Positions 1 through 10,323 of a stretch of 32,000 nucleotides of DNA are shown here, piece after piece (the stretch's first letter is position 1; each line of letters opens with the position of its first letter). The stretch is from Acaryochloris marina MBIC11017 (GTDB lineage Bacteria > Cyanobacteriota > Cyanobacteriia > Thermosynechococcales > Thermosynechococcaceae): assembly GCF_000018105.1 (NCBI RefSeq), contig NC_009925.1, forward strand, positions 1,170,001-1,202,000, written 5' to 3'. A program made the position numbers and the translations under genes. The notes beneath the pieces are model-generated. The model was not told where the DNA came from and ran no database searches. It saw only the letters and a program-made list of their open reading frames with translations.

Positions 1-715
1 AGTACTTAATTTCAGAGGTCAACGCATCAATAAAGGCCTGCAGCTGATACCCTTTCGTTTGATCCAAATAGGAGTAGGTAGTGTATTGAGCCCCCTCTAA
101 CCGTTGGGTATCAGACTTGAGTCCAGCCTTATCCGGTGCAAACTTAGTTTCCAAAATCTCCACTAGCTTGTCTTCTGGCACAGTCACCAACAAGGCAATA
201 TTGTCTTTCCCGGCACTATTGCGGATCGTTGAAAACAGTCTTGATAACATGCCAGAGAGGAAATTATCATTGGCGTCTTGGAATTGTTGATAGTCACGAA
301 CCGAGTAAACATTTTTACTGAGATCGTGAGTCCATACTTGTTGGCCGTCTGAGACTAAAAGATATTCTCTCCCCACTTCCCCCGTCTGATCCCTAAAGCT
401 AATCTTGGTTCTGAACCGATTGGGCTCTTCTGAAATGGTTTGGATTTGAGCCACTGAAACCAGATCTGCCCCAGGTGTTTTAGCCTTCAGGGTTAATTCT
501 GACTGGAGCAAATAACGATCGTTGGCCAAAAACTGTCGCATGGCCCGAACAAGCAGACCATAGTCAACGGTCTTCCCCGCCGGATGGACAAAGGGTTGGG
601 CAACGGGAGTCAAGGTCTGAGACTGAGACCAGGCGGGTTGAACCCACAATCCCACCACAAAAGCCGACAACAAACAGACCTGGCGCTGATAGCCAAAAAG
701 TTTCGTCATATCCAT
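1..715 (-). CDS. Exported hypothetical protein, N-terminal part only (ORF continues past the left window edge)
   Basis: Not in the supplied track because no stop codon lies inside the window. My translation of the minus strand from ATG 715 (alternative ATG 709) gives MDMTKLFGYQRQVCLLSAFVVGLWVQPAWSQSQTLTPVAQPFVHPAGK... and stays open to nt 1 (about 237 codons). A hydrophobic core followed by AWS/QS resembles a Sec signal peptide. No family recognised. Confidence 0.6.
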   Translation of the reverse strand, partial: MDMTKLFGYQRQVCLLSAFVVGLWVQPAWSQSQTLTPVAQPFVHPAGKTVDYGLLVRAMRQFLANDRYLLQSELTLKAKTPGADLVSVAQIQTISEEPNRFRTKISFRDQTGEVGREYLLVSDGQQVWTHDLSKNVYSVRDYQQFQDANDNFLSGMLSRLFSTIRNSAGKDNIALLVTVPEDKLVEILETKFAPDKAGLKSDTQRLEGAQYTTYSYLDQTKGYQLQAFIDALTSEIKY

Positions 716-801
716 CAACCACCTACGCCAGCTATCACCTACCGTTCTAGCCTGGATTTTTTGCCGTAGCCAGTCGGGCTTTGGCATAGGATGCCCTATT
801 G

Positions 802-1272
802 CTACCCTGCCTTTTTCAGGGGTTGACGATTCTTTTGGGTACGAATTTGCTGTCGCATATCGGAGTAGGCATAGGCTCTGCCATCCCCCTGTTTCTGCAT
901 ATGCTTAATTACAAATTCTTGATTGTCGAGGTAGGCCCCGACACCAAATTGCTCAGCCGCATTTTTGAAGGCATCGGCAATGGCTCGTTCGATGGGAGTG
1001 CCATAGGTTTGCTTTTCTGGATAAGCCTTGTCGTTCCCCACACCTTCGCGGGTTAACCCGTCAAGAGTGAGTTGGCAGCGCACCACCACATACTCCCCTA
1101 CAATCACCGGATCGCTGTAGGAAACGGACCAGTCTGGACAAACCTCATTGAGTCGTTTGCGAATTCGCTGCCACGGGATAAAGAACCACTTACCGCCTCC
1201 TGGCAGAGTTCGATCTTGATGATCTGCGGCGGGGAAGGGGGCTTTGAGTTGGTCTAGAAGTTCAGTCTTCAT
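802..1272 (-). CDS. Rad52/Rad22-type single-strand annealing protein (156 aa)
   Basis: Track ORF is 802..1353. I prefer the internal ATG at 1272 (MKTELLDQL...) because the 27 upstream codons look like AT-rich hydrophobic read-through. GGGKWFFIPWQRIRKRLNEV..DW, VVVRCQLTLDGLTREGVGN and ERAIADAFKNAAEQFGVG line up with the conserved Rad52 N-terminal core as I recall it (GGGQ..YI....vi..aNe.FG..GW / v.v.L.DG..hEDvGyG / eKA.KeAvTDalKRALr.FG). Confidence 0.65.
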   Translation of the reverse strand: MKTELLDQLKAPFPAADHQDRTLPGGGKWFFIPWQRIRKRLNEVCPDWSVSYSDPVIVGEYVVVRCQLTLDGLTREGVGNDKAYPEKQTYGTPIERAIADAFKNAAEQFGVGAYLDNQEFVIKHMQKQGDGRAYAYSDMRQQIRTQKNRQPLKKAG

Positions 1273-1429
1273 GACTTCGATAGCTTTATAGTATATTTGT
1301 ACTATAATGCACCAATATAAATACAGTGACAATAAGCAAATTACCGAAACCATTTATCAGTCTTTGGTCGATGATTCCTTAAGGTTTATTGCAGAATCCC
1401 CTGAAACCCTTTTTGTTGTGTGAACCTGA

Positions 1430-2488
<1,059 letters not shown>

Positions 2489-2512
2489 TTCAGATACTTC
2501 CGTATCAAATCA

Positions 2513-2540
2513 AGAACGCCGTAGGATTCTACGGCGTTCT
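2513..2540. terminator. Perfect 12-bp stem / 4-nt loop hairpin between convergent por and hupE
   Basis: AGAACGCCGTAG (2513-2524), loop GATT, CTACGGCGTTCT (2529-2540). It lies 25 nt after the por stop and 50 nt after the hupE stop on the other strand. The U-tract is weak on both sides. Confidence 0.55.
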
Positions 2541-2589
2541 CTCGATTTAAATCAGGCTGAAGCTTAGGGCGTAAGGGCCATCATTGCGA

Positions 2590-3246
2590 TCAGCCCAGGA
2601 CAACAGAGCTGAGAAATGCAGCGCCCATGCCGCTCAGGATAAATCCGGCAAATCTTAAATTCAACAGGCCCTGACTCTTTTTCTGAATGGCTTTACCTAT
2701 GGTCCAGGCCGCTAGACTAATCACTAACTGGATGGAGACAAACCCGAGCAAGTAGGACAGGGTAGGTGTCATCTCCGCACCCACAATGGCTTCACCATAG
2801 GCATAGCCATGAAACACACCTGCAGCTGCACCCAGCAGCGATATCAACCAAATATTGGTCTGCAATCCTCGGGCTAAGACCAAGCCAAATGCTAGGACTG
2901 ACGCGGAAATAAACAATTCAGGGGCAGGTAAATCGAGGGCCTGTAAATGGATGCCCGTGCCTGCTAGGGAACCCAGCACAAATACAATTGGCACCAGCAC
3001 CCCTTTGCGCATCAAGGCTGCCACCAGTCCGGCAGCAATCACAAAGGCCAGATGATCCATGCCAATCACGGGGTGTCCCATCCCAGACATAAACCCTTCA
3101 AAGGCATTGGCCGGTAACCGTCCACCCAAAGGATGATGGGCGAAAACCGGGGAAGAACAGGTCAATAAGGTGAGGATTCCTAGGGTAATGCCCAGTCCTA
3201 GCCGACGGCTAGTGAAGGGGCTATAGGATCGGGTGGATAGGGTCAT
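2590..3246 (-). CDS. hupE: HupE/UreJ family Ni/Co permease
   Basis: 218 aa with a signal-like N-terminus, then AHHPLGG...GFMSGMGHPVIGMDHLAFVIAAGL, the HupE/UreJ signature (HP..G.DH), and about 6 TM segments. It starts 43 nt downstream of the NHase accessory gene on the same strand. Confidence 0.8.
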   Translation of the reverse strand: MTLSTRSYSPFTSRRLGLGITLGILTLLTCSSPVFAHHPLGGRLPANAFEGFMSGMGHPVIGMDHLAFVIAAGLVAALMRKGVLVPIVFVLGSLAGTGIHLQALDLPAPELFISASVLAFGLVLARGLQTNIWLISLLGAAAGVFHGYAYGEAIVGAEMTPTLSYLLGFVSIQLVISLAAWTIGKAIQKKSQGLLNLRFAGFILSGMGAAFLSSVVLG

Positions 3247-3289
3247 GGATTGGATTTCCTCAGAGTAGATGATGCAATTTCAATAGGGG

Positions 3290-3637
3290 CTAATGCTTAC
3301 AATCCAACAACTGGGCCAGTTGAGCCTCTAGTTCACCAGTAGCAATGACCCCAGACTCAACGGCTACTTTTTCTAGAGCGGTTAACCAACATTGATAATA
3401 GTCCCATTCCGGATCATCCAGGGAATGGATTGTTTCCCACTCATCAATGGTCTCGATTAGGGTTTGGCGGAAGGCTTCCCATTCAAAATGCCCTTGTTTT
3501 GAGAGGGCTATGGCGACTCCAAAGGCCAGCTTCTCCCAATCTCGCGCGAAATGCAGGTGACCGTCTTGGCGAGGAGGAGCTTCTTCGGGCGACCCCATCA
3601 GACTGGTGGCGGCAAAATGCTCAAACTGGGTAAACAT
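3290..3637 (-). CDS. Nitrile hydratase accessory protein (small beta-subunit-like activator, NhlE/NhhG/P14K type)
   Basis: The track ORF extends to 3676. I place the start at ATG 3637 (MFTQFEHF...), which is preceded by GGGGGAGGA 8-16 nt upstream and sits 16 nt after the nthA stop. FARDWEKLAFGVAIALSKQGHFEWEAFRQTLIETI matches the conserved core of NHase accessory proteins, which is homologous to the beta-subunit N-terminus. Confidence 0.8.
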   Translation of the reverse strand: MFTQFEHFAATSLMGSPEEAPPRQDGHLHFARDWEKLAFGVAIALSKQGHFEWEAFRQTLIETIDEWETIHSLDDPEWDYYQCWLTALEKVAVESGVIATGELEAQLAQLLDCKH

Positions 3638-3653
3638 GACTGTTGTCCTCCCC

Positions 3654-4277
3654 CTAGACTTGCACCGTGGCAACACCCATCATGGCTTCTGGTGTCAGTA
3701 AATCAGCCAATTGGGTCTCGTTCATACCTTCAGTCCCCGCTGGACGCATGGGCAACACCCACCAGCGAATCTGAGCACTGCTATCCCAGACCCGCACCTC
3801 CACAGAATCATCTAGGGTGACGCCAAATTCTTTGAGGACCACACGGGGTTCCCTGACCACCCGCGCCCGGAACGTCGGATCTTTAAACCAGTAGGGGGGT
3901 AAGCCCAGGGTGGGCCAGGGATAGCAAGAACATAAAGTACAGACAATAACGTTATGGACCTCGGGGGTATTCTCAACAATCCGCATATGCTCTCCTTCTG
4001 CCCCGGACATGCCTGCAGGAAAGTCTAGTTCTTGGCAGGCGGCATTACAATCGGCCAATAACCGCTGTTTGAATTCTGAATCCACCCAGGCTTTGGCCAC
4101 CAGTTTGGCCCCGTTAAACGGTCCCATTTCCGTTTCAAAGTAGCCGAGGATTTGATCGACAGTATTGCCTGTGATAATCCCTTTTTCGATCAGCAAGGAT
4201 TCTAGAGCCTTAACCTTGGCAGCACTGTAGGTTTCCCGATCGGCACCGTATTTAAATCCAGGGTAATTGCTAGGCAT
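3654..4277 (-). CDS. nthA: Nitrile hydratase alpha subunit, cobalt type
   Basis: 207 aa with the metal-binding claw VCTLCSCYPWPTLGLPP. Thr and Tyr in C-T-L-C-S-C-Y mark Co-type enzymes; Fe-type enzymes have C-S-L-C-S-C-T. Confidence 0.92.
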   Translation of the reverse strand: MPSNYPGFKYGADRETYSAAKVKALESLLIEKGIITGNTVDQILGYFETEMGPFNGAKLVAKAWVDSEFKQRLLADCNAACQELDFPAGMSGAEGEHMRIVENTPEVHNVIVCTLCSCYPWPTLGLPPYWFKDPTFRARVVREPRVVLKEFGVTLDDSVEVRVWDSSAQIRWWVLPMRPAGTEGMNETQLADLLTPEAMMGVATVQV

Positions 4278-4280
4278 AAT

Positions 4281-5027
4281 CTAGGCGGCTTCCAAATAAA
4301 CTTCAAAAATATCGTTGTAGTAAACGGAATTGGGCTCTGTCAGAGATTCAGTCCAAATATCTTGGGGCTGGAACAGCAGGCTATACACTGGCATGGGCGT
4401 GCCAATCCCATCTTCAGTGGGGAAGAAGTAGGTGAAGGCCCCTTCATAGACCAAGACCACCACCGCTTCTCTATCTCGCAACTGCCCAGGCAAGCGACTA
4501 TGGGCACCAGGATGAACGTTTTTGACCTTGACGCGATCCCCCACCTTAAATTTGGGTGGGGCCGGGGCTGGCCGCATCGGTGAGTCCCCTTCTCGTAGGT
4601 ATTTATCGACCTGGGTATCGATGCCAGCTTTGCCACCTTTGGGAAGGGGAGCAGCAGCTTTCGTGCTGTCTTCTAAAAATTCAGCGGTGCGGGTATCGAG
4701 TTCTTCTTGGGTAAAGTAGCCCTCTTCCACAAAGAAGCCCGAAATCCCCCCCAGCCATTTTTCGTAATACCGCAGCCGAAAATACTCAAAGGGATGCATG
4801 GCTTCAGCTCCTTTGCGGAGATGCCCCCAGGTCCAAAAGCTTTTAAATTGGGTGGGAACTTTGGCAATCTCATAGTTCGGCAGTGAGGTATCCAGGTGAT
4901 TGCTCAGGGCCATCATGGCCGTGTGGATACCAAAGATGCGCTTTTCCCAGGGTTCCACAAACACCTGTTTTTCAACGTTGATGGGATCGAGCCCTTCCAG
5001 GCCCCCCAGATTATGCTGTAGTTTCAT
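4281..5027 (-). CDS. nthB: Nitrile hydratase beta subunit
   Basis: 248 aa. The N-terminus [12 protein letters not shown]....[12 protein letters not shown] is typical of NHase beta, and the C-terminal SH3-like part is GDRVKVKN. The gene is 3 nt upstream of nthA, and beta-then-alpha order is typical for Co-type clusters. Confidence 0.9.
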   Translation of the reverse strand: MKLQHNLGGLEGLDPINVEKQVFVEPWEKRIFGIHTAMMALSNHLDTSLPNYEIAKVPTQFKSFWTWGHLRKGAEAMHPFEYFRLRYYEKWLGGISGFFVEEGYFTQEELDTRTAEFLEDSTKAAAPLPKGGKAGIDTQVDKYLREGDSPMRPAPAPPKFKVGDRVKVKNVHPGAHSRLPGQLRDREAVVVLVYEGAFTYFFPTEDGIGTPMPVYSLLFQPQDIWTESLTEPNSVYYNDIFEVYLEAA

Positions 5028-6025
5028 GCGTATACCTCTGCGGTCAAGGTTGGGGAAAGGGGCTGGGCCAAACAGCTTAGGAACTCGTTACGGAGTTCGG
5101 CTTCATCTAGATTTCTGCCGATAAAGACCAATTCATTGCGGCGGGTTTCCCCCGGACGCCAGGGTTTACCGGGTCTGCCGTCTAAGGTCATATGCACCCC
5201 TTGAAAAACAAACCGACGATCGGCGTCATCCATATCCAAAATGCCTTTCATCCGAAACAGGTCAGGACCACGAGCTTGGACCAGCTGGTAGAGCCATCGA
5301 TTGAGCTTGACGCTGTCTACGGTGCCCATCTCGGTAATGGCAACGGAAGTAACGGTTTGATCATGCTCATGGGCATCTTCGTCTAAAAACTCGGGGTCGA
5401 TACTGAGGGCATGGCTGAGGTTAAAGGCTTGAACCCCCAGGAGTTGTGTGAGGTCAACACTGCAGTGGGTGGTGGGATGTAGGGTTGCGATCGCATTAAT
5501 GCTCCTTACCCGTTGCGTCAGGGCCGTCAGGATTTCTGGTGATACTAAATCCTGCTTATTCAGCAAAATCACATCCGCAAAGGCAATTTGCTCTTGGGCT
5601 TCACTACTGTCCCAGTGGTCCCAAATATGCTTGGCATCTACGACAGTGACGACAGCATCGAGCTGGGTTTGCCGCAGCATCACTTCATCCACAAAAAAGG
5701 ACTGGATCACGGGGGCTGGATCGGCAAGCCCCGTCGTTTCAATGACTAAGTGATCAAAGCGATCTCGCCGCTGCATCAGGTTGCCAATAATCCGAATTAA
5801 GTCTCCGCGAACGGTGCAGCAGATGCAGCCGTTGTTCATTTCAAAGACTTCTTCATCGGCATCAATCACCAACTGATGATCGATACCGACCTCACCAAAT
5901 TCGTTGACAATCACCGCTATCCGCTGATGGTGCTCTTCTGTCAGAATGCGGTTCAGTAGCGTGGTTTTTCCTGCTCCCAAGTACCCCGTCAAAACGGTAA
6001 CCGGAATCTTTTGGATCAATGCCAT
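5024..6025 (-). CDS. COG0523 (CobW/Nha3-like) G3E P-loop metallochaperone GTPase
   Basis: Walker A is [12 protein letters not shown], the metal-binding motif is [11 protein letters not shown] (CxCC), and a His/acidic stretch DEDAHEHD links to the CobW_C domain. The stop overlaps the nthB start in the tetranucleotide ATGA (5024-5027). Confidence 0.9.
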   Translation of the reverse strand: MALIQKIPVTVLTGYLGAGKTTLLNRILTEEHHQRIAVIVNEFGEVGIDHQLVIDADEEVFEMNNGCICCTVRGDLIRIIGNLMQRRDRFDHLVIETTGLADPAPVIQSFFVDEVMLRQTQLDAVVTVVDAKHIWDHWDSSEAQEQIAFADVILLNKQDLVSPEILTALTQRVRSINAIATLHPTTHCSVDLTQLLGVQAFNLSHALSIDPEFLDEDAHEHDQTVTSVAITEMGTVDSVKLNRWLYQLVQARGPDLFRMKGILDMDDADRRFVFQGVHMTLDGRPGKPWRPGETRRNELVFIGRNLDEAELRNEFLSCLAQPLSPTLTAEVYA

Positions 6026-6039
6026 TATGTTCTCCTGCC

Positions 6040-6957
6040 CTAACTCAATACCGTCATGACTCGAAATCCAATCGTCCGGTTGAGGGCATTGGGATCATAA
6101 CCAGAACGGCTGGTCGAGCGCAGTCGTTCTGGGGGATCTAACCAGCCCCCACCCCGAATAGACCGCTGTGCCAGGGTATTTCGAGCATCGGTTCTTTGCC
6201 ACCGATCCGCACACCATTCCCACACATTGCCGTGCATATCGTGCAACCCAAAGGCGTTCGGGGCAAAGCTCCCTACATCCAGAGTTTGTCGCCGATACGT
6301 CCCTGCTGCTTCTCCTGCAAAGGTGTAAGTGCCTACATAGTCGGCCCATTCACTGGTGATGGTAGCCCCGGTATGGAACGGGGTATGGCTACCCGCTCGA
6401 CAGGCCTGTTCCCACTGGGCTTCTGTGGGTAATCGGTAGGTCCGCCCCGTCAGATGGCTGAGGCGAGTACAGAATTCTACCGCCTCTACCCAAGAGATAC
6501 TCTCCACTGGACGGCGAGAACCCTGAAAATGGGAGGGGGCAGGATCCAGTTCTCGCTTTACTTTTGGTAACGCTGCGACTGCCGCCCATTGGGCTTGGGT
6601 AATGGGACATTGACTAATAAAAAAGGCCGGTGCGCTGGTATGCCGAGCTTGAGCGAAATTGCGATGTTTAGAATGAACCCATCTGACCCTGGATTGACTA
6701 GATGGGACGGCTACCATGTTTAATACTTGTTTAGAATCTAAGGGCTCTAAAAACAACTGGTTACTTAGCTTTTGAAGGCCAACTAACTGCCCCTTTCTAT
6801 TAATTTCTGGTGTCTCATACTCAAAGGTCTGTAAATCAACTTCAGCCAAAGGATGAGATTGAAAAAATTTAGAAATCTGAAGCTTATCTTGTATTGAGCA
6901 GGCTAAGGAGATGCTCCCAAGTCCAGCAAATTGAATAAATCTACGACGTTTTATCAC
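6040..6957 (-). CDS. Formylglycine-generating-enzyme (FGE/SUMF1) family protein with twin-arginine signal
   Basis: [14 protein letters not shown]...SLAC is a Tat-type (possibly lipoprotein) signal. FGE-sulfatase motifs are [38 protein letters not shown] and IGFRV. The stop lies 14 nt upstream of the COG0523 start. Confidence 0.85.
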   Translation of the reverse strand: MIKRRRFIQFAGLGSISLACSIQDKLQISKFFQSHPLAEVDLQTFEYETPEINRKGQLVGLQKLSNQLFLEPLDSKQVLNMVAVPSSQSRVRWVHSKHRNFAQARHTSAPAFFISQCPITQAQWAAVAALPKVKRELDPAPSHFQGSRRPVESISWVEAVEFCTRLSHLTGRTYRLPTEAQWEQACRAGSHTPFHTGATITSEWADYVGTYTFAGEAAGTYRRQTLDVGSFAPNAFGLHDMHGNVWEWCADRWQRTDARNTLAQRSIRGGGWLDPPERLRSTSRSGYDPNALNRTIGFRVMTVLS

Positions 6958-7411
6958 CTAACTGAACCTCAAGACACGAAGTTAATACCTATCAGCAGTC
7001 TTGGCAAAGGATGGAATTATAGACTAGGTAAATATTTCTATAAAAAAGTTCGGTATAGGTTGTTGATCCAACTCTAAAATATTATTTTTTTGTCTGCAGC
7101 GAATGTAAGGGAATTACGTCAAGCCATATGTATCAGGTGATACGTTCTCTCCTGATGTCATAAAAATTCAATATAGTAGATAAATTTTATGCTTTTATTT
7201 ATCAAGTAAAGCAAGTAAAGACAGAGTTGATTTATGCAAAATTAAAATATGAATTCCCTTTCCGCATTATTTTTTTGAACGATTTGACTTTAGGTTTCGA
7301 GATTGGCATCTGCCCACCCTTGCTTTTTAGCCAGACACTTTGATATTGAGGCATGATGGCTATAAAGAAAGGTCAGTGCTGCTTTTATTGAACTGGTGTA
7401 GGCACAGGGTA

Positions 7412-7897
7412 ATGATGATGAAAATTTGTCTATGCAGTCTGGGGATGCTCCTTGTATCAGAGTCAGTCCTTGCAGCCCCCTGTAAAATTTCTCAAAGTGT
7501 CTACCGTGATGCTGACGGCAAAGGTTTTGAATTAGTGTTTGGGGCCCCAAAAAACAGATCACCCTTTCTAGCCTCGGCCACGATCCAACATTCCCAGCAA
7601 GATCCGCTGTATCGATTTAACCTAACCCAGGCGAATGGTTATGGCTCCATCTCATTACTATGGCAGCCAGAATCTAAGCAAAAAAGCCAAAGCTTCCGCT
7701 TGAACTTTTTTAGCCAAGACTTTCAATCGGCCACTCCTGTGATCTTTGGGCGAGAGCCGCAAGCCCCAAAGTATGCCTTTATTACAAACTTGGGAAGTTT
7801 TGACTACTATCAACGTCGAGGTCAAATCTCAGACCAAACCCCACCCCAAATCGCAGACATGATGTGGGTTCATGATCGCTGTGTGGGCAGCAATTAA
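7412..7897 (+). CDS. Hypothetical secreted protein
   Basis: The track ORF starts at 7340. An internal start MMMKICLCSLGMLLVSESVLAAP gives a clean signal peptide. No family recognised. Confidence 0.5.
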   Translation: MMMKICLCSLGMLLVSESVLAAPCKISQSVYRDADGKGFELVFGAPKNRSPFLASATIQHSQQDPLYRFNLTQANGYGSISLLWQPESKQKSQSFRLNFFSQDFQSATPVIFGREPQAPKYAFITNLGSFDYYQRRGQISDQTPPQIADMMWVHDRCVGSN

Positions 7898-7899
7898 CC

Positions 7900-8577
7900 C
7901 TAAGGATATTGGTAGAGGATTCTCGCCTGTTGGACGGTGATGGTTTCACCTTCCACAAAGGTGGCTCGCTCTATTTCGACCAGTCCATAATTCTCAAATT
8001 CAGCCAGTTCCAGGGGCGACAAGGGCCAGGGAGGCCCCTCACACGCTTGTTCATCGGCACGAATTCGGGTGACGACAAGGAGCTGGCCTGTTTTGGCAAC
8101 GAGTGGTGCGATCGCACCCACGACTTGCGGACGTAAAGGGATGGGCAAAGCTTGAATATTGCGGCATTCATATACCAAATCAAACGCCTGGTTCCAGCCG
8201 AAATCTAGGTGGAAAAGATCAGCGACTTGGTAGTCCACTGCCGAGTTCGGGAAGCGTTGGTGGCACCATGCGATCGCAGTCGGTGATACATCAAACGCAG
8301 TCACCTGATACCCGTGGGCTTGCAGAGCCTCAGCATCATTTCCCAATCCACAGCCAATCACCAGGGCTTTGCTCTGGGCTGGGGGTTGGGGTTGTTCTGG
8401 TAGCCATGCTTGTAAATAAGGATGAGCCGTTGCTTTGGCCCAAGGCACTTGTTCCGTATTGCCATTGGCTTGAGCATATAGAGGCTCAAACCAAGCATAG
8501 GGCTGGTTTTGGGCTTGGGCTTCCGAGGCTAAAGATTTAACCCGATTTTGCACAGAGGGGGGCTGTTCTTCAAACAT
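7900..8577 (-). CDS. Class I SAM-dependent methyltransferase
   Basis: The SAM-binding motif I is ALVIGCGLGNDAEAL, followed by an acidic loop VTAFDVSPTAI. 225 aa. Its stop lies only 2 nt from the convergent stop of the preceding gene. Confidence 0.75.
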   Translation of the reverse strand: MFEEQPPSVQNRVKSLASEAQAQNQPYAWFEPLYAQANGNTEQVPWAKATAHPYLQAWLPEQPQPPAQSKALVIGCGLGNDAEALQAHGYQVTAFDVSPTAIAWCHQRFPNSAVDYQVADLFHLDFGWNQAFDLVYECRNIQALPIPLRPQVVGAIAPLVAKTGQLLVVTRIRADEQACEGPPWPLSPLELAEFENYGLVEIERATFVEGETITVQQARILYQYP

Positions 8578-8656
8578 CTTCTTTTAGGGTTTCTTCTCAA
8601 GTATTGCAGGGCAGACTAGTAATGAATGATCGAACAAACCAGCTTTGGGGGCAGGT

Positions 8657-9610
8657 ATGGCGAATTCAGAGCATTTTCAGATTCTGGAGAAAGGGACTGA
8701 AGCCTGGAATCAATGGCGGCAGGATAATCCCACGGTTAGTCCAGACTTACAAGCCGCCAATCTAAGCGGGAAAGACTGTTGCGAGATTAACCTCAGTGGA
8801 GTCAATCTTACCCAAGCCAACCTTAGCCGTACTTTTATTCGTTGGGCCAATCTCAGCCAAGCCCAACTGGTCGGCGCACAGCTAACAGGTACAGATTTAA
8901 GCGGTACCAACCTGGAACATGTAAATCTCAGCCAAGCCAACCTGCAAGGGGCAACCATGCGATGGGTCGACCTCTCTTTTGCCAATCTCACCCAAGCCAA
9001 TCTTCAGGGAGCAACCCTGAGTGGTTCTAACCTCTGCCACTCCACCCTAGCGGAGACAGATTTCAGGCGGGCTGAATTCCGTTGGGCCGATATGCGAGGC
9101 GCTGACCTATTAGAGGCTGACTTAACTTGGGCTGATCTACGAGGGGCTGACCTCAGATCGGCTGCCCTTGAATCAACAATCGCCATTGCCGCAGATTTTA
9201 CTCAAGCCATTTTTACCGGGGCTTGCTTGCAGAATTGGGAGATTAGTATTGAGACCAAGCTCGATGATACTGAGTGTCTTCATATTTATCTGCAAGCAGA
9301 CCAACAGGATCGCCATCCCCCCGAGGGGGACTTTACAGCTGATGTATTCAGAAAGCTGGTGCAGCCCAAACTGGCAACCGTAGATTTAGTCTTTATGGAC
9401 GGGATTAACTGGCTGGCTTTTCTAACGGCCTTTCAATCCCTTTGTACCGAATTTAAGCAGGATGAGATTGAAATCCGCGATATTGAAAAAAAACATGGCG
9501 GGACTTATAGCATTCGTCTAAAAGTGGATCACCAGTCAGATCCTAAGAATATTGAAGCCTTTATCAAACAGGCCTACGACCAAAAACTCCTAATGGCTGA
9601 TCAAGTTTAG
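8657..9610 (+). CDS. Pentapeptide-repeat protein with non-repeat C-terminal domain
   Basis: There are about 30 consecutive A(D/N)LXX units (ANLSG, VNLTQ, ANLSR, ANLSQ, AQLVG, ...) followed by a roughly 130-aa unique domain. The start is either ATG 8657 (MANSEHF) or 8645. Confidence 0.85.
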   Translation: MANSEHFQILEKGTEAWNQWRQDNPTVSPDLQAANLSGKDCCEINLSGVNLTQANLSRTFIRWANLSQAQLVGAQLTGTDLSGTNLEHVNLSQANLQGATMRWVDLSFANLTQANLQGATLSGSNLCHSTLAETDFRRAEFRWADMRGADLLEADLTWADLRGADLRSAALESTIAIAADFTQAIFTGACLQNWEISIETKLDDTECLHIYLQADQQDRHPPEGDFTADVFRKLVQPKLATVDLVFMDGINWLAFLTAFQSLCTEFKQDEIEIRDIEKKHGGTYSIRLKVDHQSDPKNIEAFIKQAYDQKLLMADQV

Positions 9611-9804
9611 CCTCAGAACACTATCAAAGTTGTCTGAAATCAAGCATACTCAAGTATCTATCCTACAGAGGTAAATTTTTCAGGAATATGGGTTGCTTTT
9701 TATCCCAACGCGAATAATGCTGATATTGATGCTACAACCGTACTTTTCTTTGATCAATATCGATTCTCGGTATAAATTATCCGTGAATAGTAGAGGGGAC
9801 AATT

Positions 9805-10203
9805 ATGGGCGCATGGGGATATGGCAACTTTGAAAATGACGATGCTATGGACTGGGTAGCTGACCTAGAAGGCTACTCAGACGATGGCATGATCATCGAT
9901 ACGCTCAACACCATTATTGACCAAGCAGATGACTATCCCGAAGCCCCAGAATGTTCAGGCGCTGTAGTAGCAGCGGAAGCCGTTGCAGCCCTTTTAGGGG
10001 AACCCCACGAAGATTGCCCGGATGAAATTGATGCATGGGTTGAGGAGCGAACTTCCCCTTCAGCGACGTTGGTAGCTAAGGCGAGGCAAGCAGTGGAAGT
10101 GATTATGTCTAATTCTGAGCTTAAGGATTTATGGCAAGAGTCTGAGGATTTTGAGGCGTGGCAGTCGAGCTTGGAAGATTTACTAACGCGATTGCCCTAT
10201 TGA
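9805..10203 (+). CDS. DUF4259-like small acidic protein
   Basis: The N-terminus MGAWGYGNFENDDAMDWV is the characteristic opening of the DUF4259 family as I recall it. An AGAGGGG Shine-Dalgarno lies 7 nt upstream. Confidence 0.6.
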   Translation: MGAWGYGNFENDDAMDWVADLEGYSDDGMIIDTLNTIIDQADDYPEAPECSGAVVAAEAVAALLGEPHEDCPDEIDAWVEERTSPSATLVAKARQAVEVIMSNSELKDLWQESEDFEAWQSSLEDLLTRLPY

Positions 10204-10241
10204 TAAAGTCGCTATCTGAAACAGTCAAGACATTTGTACAT

Positions 10242-10288
10242 GAATCAGGAGAGCACCCTCAATTACTCGTGGTTACCCTCCTGATTCG
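10242..10288. terminator. Long imperfect hairpin between convergent genes
   Basis: GAATCAGGAGAG (10242-10253) pairs with CCCTCCTGATTC (10277-10288) in 11 of 12 positions, with a loop of about 23 nt. It lies between the DUF4259 stop and the small ORF stop. Confidence 0.35.
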
Positions 10289-10323
10289 GCAATAGAAGGC
10301 AATGCTGATAATCTTCTCTCAAC

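Noticed and set aside
3247-3289. Possible cobalamin or metal riboswitch upstream of hupE
   Set aside because: Only 43 nt separate hupE from the preceding gene, which is far too short for a B12 or NiCo riboswitch. hupE looks co-transcribed with the NHase genes instead.
4340-5124. Several 65-98 aa ORFs nested in or opposite to nthB, with similar cases inside nthA, the accessory gene, COG0523 and the FGE-like gene
   Set aside because: They lie fully inside confidently identified genes and have no motifs. They are typical shadow ORFs of GC-balanced coding DNA.
7290-7562. 90-aa minus-strand ORF overlapping the start of the secreted-protein gene
   Set aside because: It overlaps the better-supported plus-strand ORF (which has a signal peptide), and no features support it.
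8710-9383. ORFs antisense to or overlapping the pentapeptide-repeat gene (8710-9000, 8842-9030, 9004-9186, 9168-9383)
   Set aside because: These are repeat-driven open frames with Arg/Ser/Leu-rich nonsense products, whereas the sense frame gives a textbook A(D/N)LXX array.
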